A stretch of DNA of 64,000 bases from an uncultured Gammaproteobacteria bacterium (GTDB taxonomy: Bacteria > Pseudomonadota > Gammaproteobacteria > UBA9214), in the NCBI GenBank assembly GCA_963748215.1, contig CAVVHS010000008.1, positions 416,001-480,000 of the forward strand, given 5' to 3'. The translations under genes were made by a program, and so were the position numbers. The notes under the pieces were generated by a model, which was given only the letters and a program-made list of their open reading frames with translations, searched no databases and had not been told where the DNA came from. This document shows positions 62,706 through 64,000 of the stretch, piece after piece; the stretch's first letter is position 1; every line of letters begins with the position of its first letter.

Positions 62706-64000
62706 CTAGGGAACATTCTTGACCACCTCTGGCGAGTAAGCGCTCTCCAGTCCGGTGCTATCGTAGGTTGTCATGACCAGATAATAGGTTCCGGAAGCCA
62801 GGCTGGTCACGGTCGCGTTGCGCGCCGTGCCATCGGTAATGTCGCTGCTGTTCGGGTAGCTGCCGCGCTTGTTGCCGTAGTAGATCCGGTAGCCGCCGAT
62901 CGCGGACAGTGACAGGGCGGTGCCGTCACTGCGTGCGACCGGTGCCGTCCAGCTGACGCTGAAACTGCCTGTCGTGGCGGAGCCTGTGGAATCGGTCGAG
63001 GCTGTGGATCCGGTCGAGGCTGTGGAGCCGGTTGAGACTGTGGAGCCGGTCGAGCCTGTGGAACCGGTCGAGACTGTGGATCCGGTCGAGCTTGTGGAGC
63101 CGGTCGAGCCTGTGGAGCCGGTCGAGACTGTGGATCCGGTCGAGCTTGTGGAGCCGGTCGAGCCTGTGGAGCCGGTGGAGCCGGTCGAGCCGGTGGACCC
63201 CGTGGAACCGGTAGTGCCCGTGGTCCCGGACGACGCCGTCGTGGCACCAGTATCTGCCTGGGCGAAGACGGCCTGGTTGATTTGCGTGATGTCGGCGCGC
63301 GCAGCACTGGCAACCATGCCGGTGGCACTGTACAGCGCGCTGGTGGTACTGACCGGCAGCACCCTGGCCACGCTGCTTGCGGTGCTGTTTGCACTCAGCC
63401 CGGCGACCTGCTGTACGATCGTTCTGATCGCAGTGCGGCTGTCCAGTACTTGTACGGCTTTCAGCGCAACGCCGGCCTGCCTGATCATCTGGTTGTTGAT
63501 ACGCACGTTGCCGCTCAGCTGCGCGTTGCTGACACCGGATTGCGTGCTCTTGATCGACTGGTCGATCACATTCGATGCAATCGTCCCCTCGACTCGCAGG
63601 CTGTTGCTCATGGCCTCGACCAGTACCTGGGCCGATACCACGTTTGCCACTGCCGATATCGTCGCATCGGTACCGCTGGCACCCAGGCCGTCGACGAAGC
63701 CGTCAACCAGATCGGCTGCCAGTGCGGAGACCACACCGCTGCCGCTGGCAGGCTTGCCGGTCGCCGCGATGTGGTCACGGGTGCGACGCACCATTTCACC
63801 CAACGCCTCGCTGGCCTTGACGATGTGCGCGACATTGCCGGTGGTGACCCGGGTCGTGACCGGATCCGGTACCGCGCTCGTATCCAGACCGAAGCCCAGC
63901 TGGTCAAGCACGATATTGCGCGCCCGGTTCACGTTTGCACCGGTCAGACCACCCGACATGCGCTCGGCAGTATTGACAATCAGCGTGCTGAACGGGTTGA
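62706..64000 (-). CDS. extracellular-type protein with Thr/Gly/Ser linker and C-terminal fibronectin-III-like domain (5' end outside the window)
   Basis: (TGS)n tract; VSWTAP...GYRIYYG...LASGTYYLVMTTYD..GLES. Confidence 0.75.
   Translation of the reverse strand, partial: NPFSTLIVNTAERMSGGLTGANVNRARNIVLDQLGFGLDTSAVPDPVTTRVTTGNVAHIVKASEALGEMVRRTRDHIAATGKPASGSGVVSALAADLVDGFVDGLGASGTDATISAVANVVSAQVLVEAMSNSLRVEGTIASNVIDQSIKSTQSGVSNAQLSGNVRINNQMIRQAGVALKAVQVLDSRTAIRTIVQQVAGLSANSTASSVARVLPVSTTSALYSATGMVASAARADITQINQAVFAQADTGATTASSGTTGTTGSTGSTGSTGSTGSTGSTGSTSSTGSTVSTGSTGSTGSTSSTGSTVSTGSTGSTGSTVSTGSTASTGSTASTDSTGSATTGSFSVSWTAPVARSDGTALSLSAIGGYRIYYGNKRGSYPNSSDITDGTARNATVTSLASGTYYLVMTTYDSTGLESAYSPEVVKNVP
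62980..63222 (-). repeat. 9/18 bp coding tandem repeat encoding (TGS/STG)n
   Basis: Repeated CCGGTCGAG(C/A)CTGTGGA(G/T) units. Confidence 0.85.

Overview
GC-rich gammaproteobacterial chromosome segment (inferred from gene order such as rhlB-trxA-rho, purD-purH-fis-dusB-prmA-accCB-aroQ and rubredoxin-thiD-thiE-hemL). Three layers are visible. (1) Housekeeping genes, a gspG-N type II secretion block, galE, cysQ and yrfG. (2) A visibly lower-GC island at about 17.7-35.4 kb, joined to an exopolysaccharide export locus (wza-like, outer-membrane barrel, wzc-like, tyrosine kinase, ExeA-like ATPase). The island encodes a TPR/GT41 O-GlcNAc-transferase-like protein, two sulfotransferases, a lipoprotein, a FadL-like porin, a small VPxPA/PEP-CTERM-type sorted protein with a sigma54-type promoter, and an 1105-aa surface protein. 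The last two share an unrecognised ~170-200 aa Phe/Gly-rich domain (three copies in total); this is the best candidate for an undescribed system. (3) A dense family of mosaic intergenic repeats (GTAG REP hairpins, a CACGG 9-10-mer module and CGTGARR heptamer arrays), roughly 8 kb by eye. These repeats sit directly against gene ends and often supply the stop codons. Several island and EPS genes carry clustered single-base indels that may be sequencing errors. No rRNA, tRNA or true CRISPR array was seen. All assignments come from reading motifs by eye; no database search was run.
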